A DNA stretch of 35,498 nt, taken from positions 1 to 35,498 of the IMG/VR virus record IMGVR_UViG_3300026851_000019. One strand, written 5' to 3'. The notes beneath the pieces were generated by a model. It worked only from the letters and a program-made list of their open reading frames with translations. It ran no database searches and was not told the origin of the DNA. The stretch is from a virus. Its lineage: Duplodnaviria > Caudoviricetes. The position numbers and the translations under genes are program-made. Below, one piece after another: positions 35,406 to 35,498 of this stretch (positions are counted from its first letter, which is position 1; each line of letters begins with the position of its first letter).

Positions 35406-35498
35406 CTAAAGACTCACCTGCTGAAGATTTTCAATTAGTTCTGGAATTAGTTTTTTGCTTGGGGAAATTGCTTTAGGTGGGATTTTAGTATTTAACGG
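35406..35498 (-). CDS. Possible 3' end of a flanking gene (partial)
   Basis: Open frame ..PLNTKIPPKAISPSKKLIPELIENLQQVSL* from the window edge. Confidence 0.3.
   Translation of the reverse strand, partial: PLNTKIPPKAISPSKKLIPELIENLQQVSL

Noticed and set aside
35375..35498. CTX-type folded attP using ATTTAAC (35490-35496) as inverted XerD arm
   Set aside because: Only 7 bp match, the next bases disagree, it lies outside the element and the window ends there.

Overview
The window holds two prophages in tandem at what looks like a gammaproteobacterial dif (XerCD) locus. (1) About 108-26600 is a P2/HP1/K139-type myovirus with tail, lysis, head and terminase genes, a cargo hotspot between portal and ogr, an HUH rep (gpA) and an early operon of small ORFs. 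It has no integrase at the usual position. Its repressor resembles those of filamentous phages and lies about 125 bp from a perfect XerD arm. An IS5-family element at the window's left edge interrupts a tail gene. (2) About 26614-35387 is an apparently complete filamentous (inovirus) prophage (repressor, rep, ssb, coat genes, pIII, pVI, Zot/pI, XafT/DUF3653-like gene) bounded by a 15-bp direct repeat containing the XerD arm TTATGTTAAAT. Most interesting: a probable programmed -1 frameshift (A_AAA_AAG plus stem-loop) needed to make the small terminase as a fusion to an Ala-rich coiled-coil protein; an integrase-less tailed phage at dif sharing ArdR-like and repressor families with the adjacent inovirus; a two-gene candidate defence system in the P2 hotspot; a TA operon trailed by orphan antitoxins; and three tandem paralogues of an unknown domain. 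All family assignments come from motif recognition by eye; no database search was run.
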